Positions 37,901 to 49,105 of a stretch of 64,000 nucleotides of DNA are shown here, one piece after another. The DNA is taken from contig CM120644.1 of assembly GCA_051362555.1 (NCBI GenBank), positions 23,272,534 through 23,336,533 on the forward strand. Reading direction: 5' to 3'. A model generated the notes under the pieces. It made no database searches. It had not been told where the DNA came from and worked only from the letters and a program-made list of their open reading frames with translations. Position 1 is the stretch's first letter, and each line of letters opens with the position of its first letter. Source of the DNA: Lingula anatina (Eukaryota > Animalia > Brachiopoda). The translations under genes were made by a program, and so were the position numbers.

Positions 37901-40702
37901 AACGATAGTTAACTGAAATTGGCATTACGAGTTTGTTATCATCAAGCATTTTGAAAACAGAATTAAAAAAGGCGACACAGCAGATTGATTAAAGTAATTT
38001 TCGGTGCTTAATATATCACTTTACCTTAAATCAAAACATTGTATTTATTTTAGAAAAGAAAGACAGTAGCATTCTGGGGGATCCCGACCCTCTTACAGTA
38101 AGACAAGATGGCGGTCAATCAGATAACACACGGTCGCTTTTAATTGAACACGAGACAAAATTTGTCGCTAACATGAGTGACATAGCGGTTGCCACGGCAA
38201 CCACTCCAGGTGGGCAAATCACTATTATATAAAAAAAATAATAATAACAGACTGAACTAAACTGGAACCTCATACCGAAGGAAGTTCATTAGTTTATTAG
38301 ACAATATTTTCGAATGTTTGAAAATAATTATGAAATAAACACTGATATTGCTGATTTTTTTTTTTTTACTAATTTCTCGTCCTGATAAATAATTCAGTTC
38401 TTGAATTTTTAAACTAACAGCAATTAAATGGTGTTGGTCAATTATACATTGGCTCATTTCAGACTACGTGTCCTGGCGAAATAAGGAGAACGGATCTTGG
38501 TTTATCAGCGCCATTGTTAGGGTGTTCAGTGAGGAGGCGAGGAGTAAACACTTTCTGGAGCTCCTGACCTCGGTAAATCAGTGACCAGGCTAGTAAAGGA
38601 GTTATTATGTAAACACATTCTAGAGCTCCTGACCTCGGTAAATCAGTGACGAGGCTAGTAAAGGAGTTATTATATAAACACATTCTAGAGCTCCTGACCT
38701 CGGTAAATCAGTGAGGAGGCAAGTAAAGGAGTTATTATATAAACACATTCTAGAGCTCCTGACCTCGGTAAATCAGTGAGGAGGCAAGTAAAGGAGTTAT
38801 TATATAAACACATTCTAGAGCTCCTGACCTCGGTAAATCAGTGACGAGGCTAGTAAAGGAGTTATTATATAAACACATTCTAGAGCTCCTGACCTCGGTA
38901 AATCAGTGACGAGGCTAGTAAAGGAGTTATTATATAAACACATTCTAGAGCTCCTGACCTCGGTAAGTCAGTGAGGAGGCAAGTAAAGGAGCTATTATAT
39001 AAACACATTCTAGAGCTCCTGACCTCGGTAAGTCAGTGACGAGGCTAGTAAAGGAGTTATTATATAAACACATTCTAGAGCTCCTGACCTCGGTAAATCA
39101 GTGAAGAGGCTAGTAAAGGAGTAATTATATAAACACATTCTAGAGCTCCTGACCTCGGTAAATCAGTGACGAGGCTAGTAAAGGAGTTATTATATAAACA
39201 CATTCTAGAGCTCCTGACCTCGGTAAGTCAGTGACGAGGCTAGTAAAGGAGTTATTATATAAACACATTCTAGAGCTCCTGACCTCGGTAAATCAGTGAA
39301 GAGGCTAGTAAAGGAGTAATTATATAAACACATTCTCGAGCTCCTGACCTCGGTAAGTCAGTGAGGAGGCGAAAGGTTAACATTATTTAGAGCCCCTGAC
39401 CTCGGTAAGTCAGTGAGGAGGTGTAAACGCTTTCTTAATTGCAGCATATCCCATAAAACAATAAATAAATGTGGGCATTTCAGATTACATAACTGCAAGA
39501 ATTGCACATGACATAACAGCCCTGCGAAGATTTTTGCCTTATCGCGCCGTTGAAAAATCCTCTTCTGCTTTTTGGCAATATTGAGACCAGTGCAAATTTG
39601 GCTGATATTTTCATATGTTACGTCTTTCATAACTTTTGTTAATAGTAGCAGGCGTTCTCGAGTACAGTGTTTATTAGTTCAAGGACAGACTGGTATTTCT
39701 TATAAAATACGTATTGCCAGCGACAGTTCGCCCCCCCCCCCCCCCTTTTTTTAACTTTCCCAAAATAGAGTAGTCTCAGGCTCCAGTTTGAATATAACCT
39801 GGCCCCCGTTTCACAAAAAAACTTAAGTCGGTTTCCCTGACTTAGGGCTTGGTTACCAACGTAATTAAGTCGTTACGTCACTAAGTCCCGTTTCACAAAG
39901 AATCTAAAAGGTCGCTTACGTCGTTTTTTTCTTAGCTGTAAGTCGACGATGTCAAGCCTCCTCGGGAGGAGACTTAAGTCGGCAAGCTCAACTAAAACTC
40001 GGTAAATGAGAGCATAAACAACAAAAATTTGGAAAGAACATACCTCCTTCAAGATATTGTGTTATAATATACTTGAATAGCACTGACATTTATGGAATAT
40101 TAAAATAAAAAATAAAATTCCACTTTACCCAGCCGATCGCGTGTTTGTTTATGTTTTTGACCGCTAGACGTCCCTTAGTAATGTTCCACGACAAGCTAAT
40201 GTTTAACTGTTACTTTGAAGTTGTATTGAAGTTAAACTAATCAATAAAGTTCAAAAACAAACTTTGTTTGTGTTTTGGCTGACTTTTATTGTTGATAAAC
40301 GATCGTTCTCGGCCGAAAGAGGCCATGAAACGTCATGTCTTGTGAAACTTTTGCAATTTTACACCTCCTTTTCTTGAAGAGTTTCTTGTGCGCGTCGACT
40401 ACGGTAAGCACGCCAAGCTAAGACGTTAGATTCTTTGTGAAACACTCCTAGTCGACTTCAGCTAAGTCGACCTAGCTAGGCCACTCAGCTCGAGCTAGTC
40501 GACTACGGATTTAAGATTCTTTGTGAAACGGGGGCCTGGGCATTTTCTGCTGATCGGCCTGCACTCTCAACGCAAGCATCTGCGGCTCAGCAGCAGTGCT
40601 TCAGTCACTGGCCATCGTCTCAGAGGAGTACCCTGCAGTCTCCATTTTCAATTATTGTTTTTATGTTGATCAGATTTTGTATTATATTCTAGTCACATCA
40701 AT

Positions 40703-40741
<39 letters not shown>

Positions 40742-42351
40742 TTTGTTTGTTTGTTTGTTTGTTTATTTTGTTCTTGTTGTTTTAAATATTCGATCAGTCC
40801 GCAACATTAGGTCTGGCGAGTCGGACATCAACATCAACGGCATGAAAGAAAGACGATTGAAAGCAGCAAGAACGGGGCGCCTGGCTTCTTCTTTTACAAA
40901 ACCAGTATTAAAAGCAAAATAGACTATTCAAAAAGAAAAGAGGAGAACCCATAATTTATATCAGATTAAAGAAGTAACTACATTGAAGACAGAATGCGAA
41001 ACGGCAAACAACACTTACATCGATACCTTTGAAGACGACGACGCCACTGAAGCAGCCCAACTTGGTTCGTATAAGTGGCAGGAACATGTACGCACTGTTT
41101 ACGGGATATTTCAGAGATTATTCACATAAATGAACTCCAAAAGCCAGCCAAAGAGCCCTCCGTATCACCTACTCAAGCACCAAAACCAATTGTCGCATGG
41201 ATAGATGAGCTCACACCACATCGTGGGACTGTTTTACCTGTTGTATAATGACTTAACAGAAAGGACTTTTGAAGAATTGTTTCCCAAATGTGTTTTCGAA
41301 AAAGAGTATCCATTGCCCCATTCAACAGATCAGCCCTTGATTTGCGGAGTTTTTTCACCAGAAAATACACAAACAAATTTAGACATAGATCGCTAGTGGT
41401 CCGCAATTTTTTGGAGCGTGTGACAGATGTCCCGACTACCAAAGACCGGGCTGGGGTACAACTAGAGTCAATTTATGTCAACATCCAGGAGAGCTTGGTT
41501 ATTCTAAAGATGACGTATAATGGGAGCAACGTTATGAATCTAGAAACACCAAGATATTACTCTCTGGGTCTTCCACTATGTTGACCCGAATGGTGTTGCA
41601 TTCTGTGAGCAACCCCCAAACCAACTTTGGTTGATTTAGAAGAATGGTGATCAGACAGAGGACAGGCATGCTCAGATCCAGTTTGACCAGAAAATCATGT
41701 GCCAATTTAGACGTTATTCGGTAACAATACAGTGGAAACATTTATATACATTTCTAACGTCTAATTAAGCCATAGCCCTCAAGTGCTTCCAATCCCTGTA
41801 CTGCGAGCTAAAAATTAACCCACTGCATTCCCTTAGCTACTCTGACATCATCGACACATGGCTGGGGAAAGATTCCAGCACGAAAATGCAGAAGTATCGA
41901 AGTAGCAAAGAAACATTAACGCAGTAGTGGTGTGGAGCATATTTGCAGTAGAAATGCAGCATAGCCTACTGCAATTCTACTCAAAAAAGTGTCAACGGCA
42001 GCATCAGCGGCTCAGCAGCAGTGGTTCTCTCACTGGCCATCGTCTCAGCGGTGCACCCGGTACAAAAGGAATGGCAGCCCTAGTAACACAAGTCCTAGGT
42101 CTAGCGTTTTTGGAATGGATGCATTAGGACATGCGTTACTAGGATTTAACGTCCGTGGGACAGCAGTTACTAAGGAATCCAAGTCCCATGGTGAGGAATT
42201 AAAGTCCGGATGAAACCTGTTTTCCTGATTTATACTAGGGATTTATGTCCGCCCTGACTTTTTCTCGCACACTTAAATAAAAGTTATATATAATGAATAA
42301 TAATATATGTAATAAAATTGTATATATATATATAATTTTATTACATATATT

Positions 42352-42428
<77 letters not shown>

Positions 42429-43480
42429 TAGGTAAAAAAAATATTAGGTGTCATATAAAATATGAAGAAGTGTGAAGTGAGGTGTGTCGCTATGAATTAA
42501 CTGAATACCATGTTTGTTGCACTGCCGCATTGTGTTAAGTGCAGTGATTTAATTGGGTAGTGCTCCTATGGGCTGGTCAAAGCTTGGTTTTGGCAAAACA
42601 TGGTTCTGTCAAAGAAGTAAGCATATGTCAGCAACTGATGCATAAAAGAATTTAAAATTCTGCATGCAAGCGGTCGGGTTTGCTGTGCTTTAAATGACAA
42701 AAGCAGTGTTTTACAAAATTGTTAATCTGTGCCAGAATGGTGCAAAAAAGACAGACATTGCCAGACAGCTTGTGTTAAACGGAATGGTCTGCACATTTTT
42801 ATAAAGTTATTCCCAGACTGATGTACCTACATAGAGTACACGCCAAGTGTATTGAAACCCCACCACCAGGGTACAGGACTCACTGCCCTTCCTGATATGC
42901 CTCTGCAACTAAACAAGTACCACCCAGTCCGTTCGGAATGAGGGGCAAATTAACACCAGAGCGCATTTTTCAAGGCCCTTACCAAACGTCAAACTGGTTT
43001 TAGCAGGTTAGAATACCAAACGAACTCTTCGGAAGTCACTATAAATAGCGTAACATCGACGTCTGTTTCTCTAATGAATTAGGGACCGTTTCTGGTTCGA
43101 ACATTTAAATCGTGTTGCTTTCTTCACTGAGGTCAGATTTCACCTGTACTACTCAACTTGTCAAAATTTTACGAGTTTACAGACATCCTGGAGAGGCCTA
43201 TGACGGAGCGTGTGCCGCGTCTAAAGTGACTAGGGACAGTGTCAGCTTCAGTATTTGGAGTGGATACCACACTGGTGCCAAAACACCAAAGGTAGTCATA
43301 TGTGAAAACCTGAACCTCATCAAATAAAGGAGTTATCTGGGAACCACCTGACTGTTATTTAATAGGGGGCACCGTAGGAAAAATTTAAGGTTGCACGATG
43401 AGATTCCCGTTCACACAGAGCACTTTCAGTAGCAAATCAACGAACGAAGGGAATGAACAGCTACCTTGGTCATATAAATC

Positions 43481-43540
<60 letters not shown>

Positions 43541-44516
43541 AACCACAGACAATATGTGGGTAGGTCATTACTCGCCTTATCAACGGCCTGCATGTCCTAC
43601 AACAAAACTGAACCACAAGATTTGACCAATTCCTTGCCGCTTCAGAGCCCTGGTAGCAGCCAGATAAGGTCATGTGTAACCGGGTCAGGCTTATCCGTTG
43701 CTGTGACTAGACACTGACTTATGGGTCCTTTGTGGGGCGTGTAACTCTTTTACGGATGATAATTGGGAAATAAGGCGATCCAAAATATCGCTTTTAATAG
43801 TTGTCGTATTACTTAGAATAGGGAATGTACTTTTGCTTGCTTTAGTGGCGAATTCAATTAATGAGCTGTTGTCACAATGACGTCATAGAGTTTATTAAAA
43901 GTCATAAAACACGATTTCAATACTTATTTTCATTTAGCATATCAGCAAAACAGGAAAAAATGATGAAAATGGTTTGGAAAAAATATTTTTTTCCTTTAAA
44001 TGTCAAGTCTGTATACATTAGCATATTGATATGCTACCCTTGTCTGAAAAGAAAAAACAAAATAGAAAAAAAAAAAAAAAAAAAAAAAACAAAAAACAAA
44101 AAAAAAAAAAAACAAGTGGTGCCTGGGATATATAAGCCGTTGTGCAAATAAAATACTCCCAGATTCAAAAGGCTGGCACACATATTTTGACACTACTGAC
44201 ATAGACCTTACTAAAAACTTTATGAGGATTTCTCTATTTTTAGTACCGAGTCTGACACATAGCTAACTAATATAATCATTTACCCATTTAGTACAGTGTT
44301 GCTGTTGAACTTGTGGGTTATGTGTAGCTCATATTTTACATCAAATTTCGCCTCTTTGTGGTATTTCAGGTGAACAGAGTGGTTGCCAGTATGAAGACCC
44401 AAGGTCAAGGTCAATACCAGCAGGTGTCCAGCATGGAAACCATGTCCTTAACCAAACGGTTTTACTTCTGGCCCCGCCTCTGTATGGTCAACAATGAACT
44501 CCTTGAGCTTGATTAG
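35200..44516 (+). CDS. Multi-exon PARP (ADP-ribosyltransferase)-caspase fusion gene, 5' end not identified
   Basis: Eight exons with GT/AG boundaries: 35200-35802 (phase 1-1), 36060-36329 (1-1), 36911-36993 (1-0), 37227-37394 (0-0), 37589-37808 (0-1), 38054-38209 (1-1), 38463-38572 (1-0), 44370-44516 (0-stop TAG). Total 1757 nt plus 1 upstream nt = 586 codons with no internal stop. Confidence 0.78.
36060..36329 (+). CDS. PARP catalytic domain, exon B
   Basis: Acceptor cctccag|ac, donor agag|gtaagc. Encodes IFRVLLG...RPPCLCRKEICCEHH...FDSV...LFREFLLF (Glu)...QCYPEYIVTY. Confidence 0.92.
36911..36993 (+). CDS. Linker exon between PARP and caspase domains
   Basis: Acceptor ttgcttttag|tc, weak donor gat|gtatag. 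83 nt converting phase 1 to phase 0. Encodes VMPQLTVTSLSVRAADRWLFMKEAYKDD, loosely like the segment preceding the Y-x-x-x-x-x-PRG start of caspase large subunits. Confidence 0.68.
37227..37394 (+). CDS. Caspase large subunit, exon 1
   Basis: cttcag|gtc ... aag|gtgagc. Encodes VYQNCGLPRGRAVIINNIKFQHHEKRDGSEMDCKALVELMEQMSYTVIVHNDLTAK. Confidence 0.92.
37589..37808 (+). CDS. Caspase large subunit, catalytic exon
   Basis: ttttag|gga ... ggaa|gtaagt. Encodes FIVFILSHG (His) and CPALAGKPKIFFIQACQG (Cys). Confidence 0.95.
38054..38209 (+). CDS. Caspase intersubunit linker and start of small subunit
   Basis: tttag|aa ... ccag|gtgggc. Encodes KKKDSSILGDPDPLTVRQDGGQSD...ANMSDIAVATATTP. Confidence 0.88.
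38463..38572 (+). CDS. Caspase small subunit exon
   Basis: catttcag|ac ... tcg|gtaaat. Encodes DYVSWRNKENGSWFISAIVRVFSEEARSKHFLELLTS. Confidence 0.92.
38527..39422 (+). repeat. 65-bp minisatellite built from the caspase exon 3' end and its splice donor, about 13 units
   Basis: Unit gtaaatcagtgacgaggctagtaaaggagttattatataaacacattctagagctcctgacctcg, period 38573 to 38638. Confidence 0.95.
39802..40535. mobile_element. Harbinger-like MITE with CTG TSD, in the last caspase intron
   Basis: gcccccgtttcacaaa / tttgtgaaacgggggc, flanked by ctg on both sides. Confidence 0.88.
44370..44516 (+). CDS. Caspase terminal exon
   Basis: tttcag|gtg. Encodes VNRVVASMKTQGQGQYQQVSSMETMSLTKRFYFWPRLCMVNNELLELD*, with the typical caspase C-terminal SLTKxFYF. 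Confidence 0.9.
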   Translation: MNRVVASMKTQGQGQYQQVSSMETMSLTKRFYFWPRLCMVNNELLELD

Positions 44517-44782
44517 ATATGTGATTCCATGGGATGACTAGATTTTATTATATCCTTTTTTTTTTTTTTTGTTAAGTTTTGGGTTGACCCGTTTTGTTTT
44601 GTTTAATTTACTTTATTTACGTGATTATTTAATTTACTTACTATTAATTGCTTTTTATCAAAGACATATATTTTAATGTATGCTAATAAGGTGCCCCAGT
44701 CTAACACGCTTGTTATTTAATGTAGTTGCTTGCTTTTTTATACATCAATTAAGAAAACCTTTCACCTGAGAGTGTACGTGTT

Positions 44783-45690
44783 AAACCTGGTTCACACTGT
44801 GCTTGCAACCATTTAGCTACCTTTTGGCAACCTCAGTCGCAAGGAGTTGCCGAATGCATGCACGAATTGGGTACAAATAAAAGTGATTTCTGGACTATTC
44901 TTGACATTTCGTGGTATTTCCCCTCCGTGCATGCTTCGGTGAATTTCGTGACTGATTCGTAGCCGATTCGTGGTCAGTCCAGTGATTCACGAATCCCCGA
45001 AAGAGTTAAGAATACATACGAATGCCTACGAATCGATTACGATTCAGTTACGATGCCTAAGAATGAAATGCGAATTTGCTACGAATTAACTACGATTTTT
45101 GGAATCGGGAGTTCGTGGCCAAAAATTTGAACAACTCAAAATTTTGGCCACGAATTCGCGATTGATCAAGAATTGCTGAACTAAGCTGAACTGAACTGAC
45201 TACGAATATATACGAATCTGTTAAGAACTTCACGAACTGATTACGATTCAACCACGAATCCTGAAATTTGTCAATTCTTGGCGATTCGTGGTCTGTGTGA
45301 AATAGGGGCATAATAACCAGGTTATATAATACCCCCGTCACACTAGAGGCAGAATGAACAAGAATGCCGTTGGAAAGACAATTCTTTGTGCATTCCTGGA
45401 TATTCAAAGAGCATTCTATAAATTCCGAGTGCATTTCAAATACTTTTACCCATTCTTGTGGTCGGCCTGAATGTTAGAAACTTTCGAAGTGAATTCCAAG
45501 TGGAAAATTATTGAATGGCATTTGAATAGTATTCTAACTACATTATGACTGCATTTTAAATATTCTCACTACATTCTGACATGACAAAAACATTCGAGCC
45601 GGCCACAAGAATGGGTAAAAATATTTGAAATGCACTCGGAATTGTTAGAATGCTCTTTGAATATCCAGGAATGCACAAAGAATTGGATGG
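44783..45690. mobile_element. Cluster of adjacent or chimeric MITE fragments
   Basis: gcaacc-family end (44783-44850), acgaat-rich element ending gtgtgaaataggggcata (~45310), and a cattc-family copy 45331-45690 with an internal fold-back. Confidence 0.6.
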
Positions 45691-45920
45691 TAATCTTACG
45701 AGAATTAAATCAGTTATCGATAATACGCGTACCAATAGTCGTGTTTTTTTTAGCTATACGGTACATTCACACCTGCATAAAATCGGCTTTAAAAACTAAA
45801 TAAACGTAAGAACTTTTTTTCATTACTCAAAAATGACTTTTGGGCACCTAATGGATAGTTTTAACCCGTTTTTTCATCACAGTATACCTTTAATGTATTT
45901 TATGAAATAAAAAATAAAAA

Positions 45921-48900
45921 AACAAGGCAGCAAAGCTGTCAAATGTACAGACAAAAAACAGAAAAAAAAGATGCAAAATAGGAAATTCTGTCAATTTTGA
46001 TGCAATAATAAATGCTTATAATAGCACAGTCAGTCAACACTGATTTTTAATCATGCACAACAGGTAACATGGAGCAGATCCAGAGATATTTTCTGACAGT
46101 ATTCCAAAGTATCTTTGTTGATCCATCCTCCATTTTTATGGTCTTCCAACAGAAACCTGTTAATATAAACTTTAAAATCTGACTGTCTTCCAGGAGACCC
46201 AGAAGATGGTCTCAATCCACCCCTTCAATAAGAATACAGTTTCAGGACCATGAGAGTTAAAATTCACATGATGAAAGTCCCAATATATGAAAAATGATGA
46301 CAGTGCATAAAATAATATTACAGCGTGTTTAAAGACATAAATACCAATACAACTGCTTATGTGGAAATACTGAAAATGTGCAGAGCCTCAGGTGGATGGG
46401 AGTTAAAAATCACATCTTAAAAATGCCAGTGTTGGAGAAAAAATTAAAATGAAAACAACAAAAATATAATTCCTATGAAGCTGCTATTCACTGCTTCCTT
46501 ATTATGGACACTATGTTATCTAGCACAGAGCTTAACCTTTGGGAGTTTACAGGGAAATATCACCAAGTGTGCTTTATGAAATTTCATTTAATGGCCACTT
46601 AATTAGGTAAATGAGTTTACAGCACTTAAATTAGCCTAGTGAATACCCAAGGGGAATTTACAGACTGACCACACAATTTGTCTATCAAAGGTCTTCAGGC
46701 CCATAAGTCACACCTTAAGAAAAGCAGAAAACAATAATGCACAAAAAAAACAGGAGACTGCCAATTCTGATGCAATAATACATTATGTTTAACTGCACAG
46801 TCAACATCAAATTTTAATTTTGCACAACAGGTAACACTGATGAAAGTAAAAGCATAAGGCTCCAGGCCCATCAGAGTTAAAGTTTACAATTAAAAAGTGC
46901 CAGAATGAGTAAAATGAAAATTTCACAAAAAAATTCATAAATTTAATAAAAATGATAATCCAATAGAGCTGTTCTCTAATATATATGTATGTCAATCCTA
47001 AGAATCATTCTTGTAAGAATAGTTAAAAAAAATAGAAAGTAACACTTTACTTTACATAATATTAATGGTGGCAGAGCACAAAGTAGGTTTTTTGTCAATT
47101 TTGATGCAACATTACATAATGATTAACTAATTAAATACCACCAATTTTAAAATATCTACTATTAAAAACATGGACATTAAGAAAACTGATTACCACTGGA
47201 CTTCATGCCCAAGGGAGCTCTAAGTCCCATATTGAAAATTGCAACATGTGAAAGATAAAAATTTTCACAAAAATCCTGTATTACTTCCAAACAATTAACT
47301 AATGAGACAATTTTTCAACTGAAGCTGTAATTCAGTCCTATGTTTCTTTCCTGTAAGTGTGAGAAGAGCAAGTGACATGGTTTTCCTTTCACCACCATAC
47401 GGAGGCAGTGCCCAGAATAGGGTTTTGTTAAATTTTGATGCAATATTACACAATGCTTAACAGCATAATAACCATAATTTTTTTAATAATAAAATAAAAG
47501 TATCATGGATATTCAGAAAATGTGACTAGCCCAGAGAGTTCAGAGTCATACTTTGGAAATCCCAAAATGTAAACAAGAGAAAACTGTATTGAAAGAGTTT
47601 ATTTCCATTTTCAACACCTTTTTTACATAAAGCAAAGTAATTAATTTACTGTCATTTTTATATGATCAATAAAAAAATATGTTCTCAAAGCAAAAATATC
47701 AATAGAAGAATTATAAATTTCCAACTTGCTCCATTCTGAGATTCTGAACATAGTGAATGGTTGAATCTGACAAACTGTAAAGATATGTTTTTTTCCCCAT
47801 TTTTGACACTTATTACACAATACACAATATCAAGTTTACCATCATTTTTATATAATCAACTAACAATGTTGTTAAGATGCAGTAAATGTCAAAAGAACAA
47901 CTTAACATATCTAATTAGTTCAAAAATGAGACTGTTAACATGCCTGAGAATTAAATTTGAGGAAAAAACACTTATATACAAAAAAAAAAAAAAAAAAAAA
48001 GGCATAACTTAACCAAACTTTAACTGATCAAGCTTATTTTCAAAACTTAATCTGTATTTCAGTAACACTGATCACTACTGTGAATTTCAAGACAATTGGC
48101 CAAAATGTGTTATAGGTGTTGCATATATGCTGAAAAAAAGTGAAAAAACAGCAAAACTTTTATAAAAATGCCCTGATCATGCCAATTTTGGAACTTGACT
48201 TGCGTATTATAGATATTCATTAGTTCTGTAAGTTTCAAGCCAAAAAGTAAAGCAGTTCTTCACTTATCGTGTTATCAGGGTTGCATATATGCTGAAAAAA
48301 GTGAAAAAAACAGCTGACTTCCATAAAAATGTTCCTATCATGCTGATTTTTGAACTTGACCTGCGTATTATGAATATTTTCCATTTCTGTAAGTTTCAAG
48401 CAAAAAGGTAAAATGGTTTTTCAAATATTGTGTTATCAGTGTTGCATAAATGTTGAAACAAGGCAGCAAAGCTGTCAAATGTACAGACAAAAAACAGAAA
48501 ATAATGATGCAAAATAGGTCATTTTGCCAATTTTGATGCAATAATAAATAATGCTTATAATAGCACTGTTAGTCAACACTGAATTTTAATCATGCACAAC
48601 AGGTAACATGGTCAATAACAGGAGCTGACCCAGAGATATTTTCTGACAGTATTCCAAAGTATCTTTGTTGATCCATCCTCTATTTTGTTGATCTTCCAAC
48701 AGAAAAAAATAATAAATATCAGTCAATATAAACTTAAAAATCCGAACGTCTTCCGGAAGCTGACCCAGAAGATGGTCTCAATCTATCCCTTTAATAAGAT
48801 TACAGTATCAGGACCATGAGAGACCAAAGTCACATGATGAAAGTCTCAATATTTTAAAAATGATGACAGTGCATAAAATAATATTACATAATGTTTGAAA

Positions 48901-49071
48901 ACATAAATAACATACAACTGCTTATGTGGAAATACAGAAAATGTGCAGAGCTTCAGGCGGTTAAATATCACAAATGCAAGTGTTTTTGAGAAAAAAGTTA
49001 TTAAGGAAAATAAACAAAACTAGAAAAACACTCCGAGAGTGCAGACCTCTGCCCAGGCAGCAATTGTTGAT

Positions 49072-49105
<34 letters not shown>

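Noticed and set aside
38527-39422. Regular repeat array resembling a CRISPR array
   Set aside because: Units are contiguous and near-identical with no unique spacers, no cas genes are present, and the unit derives from the caspase exon.
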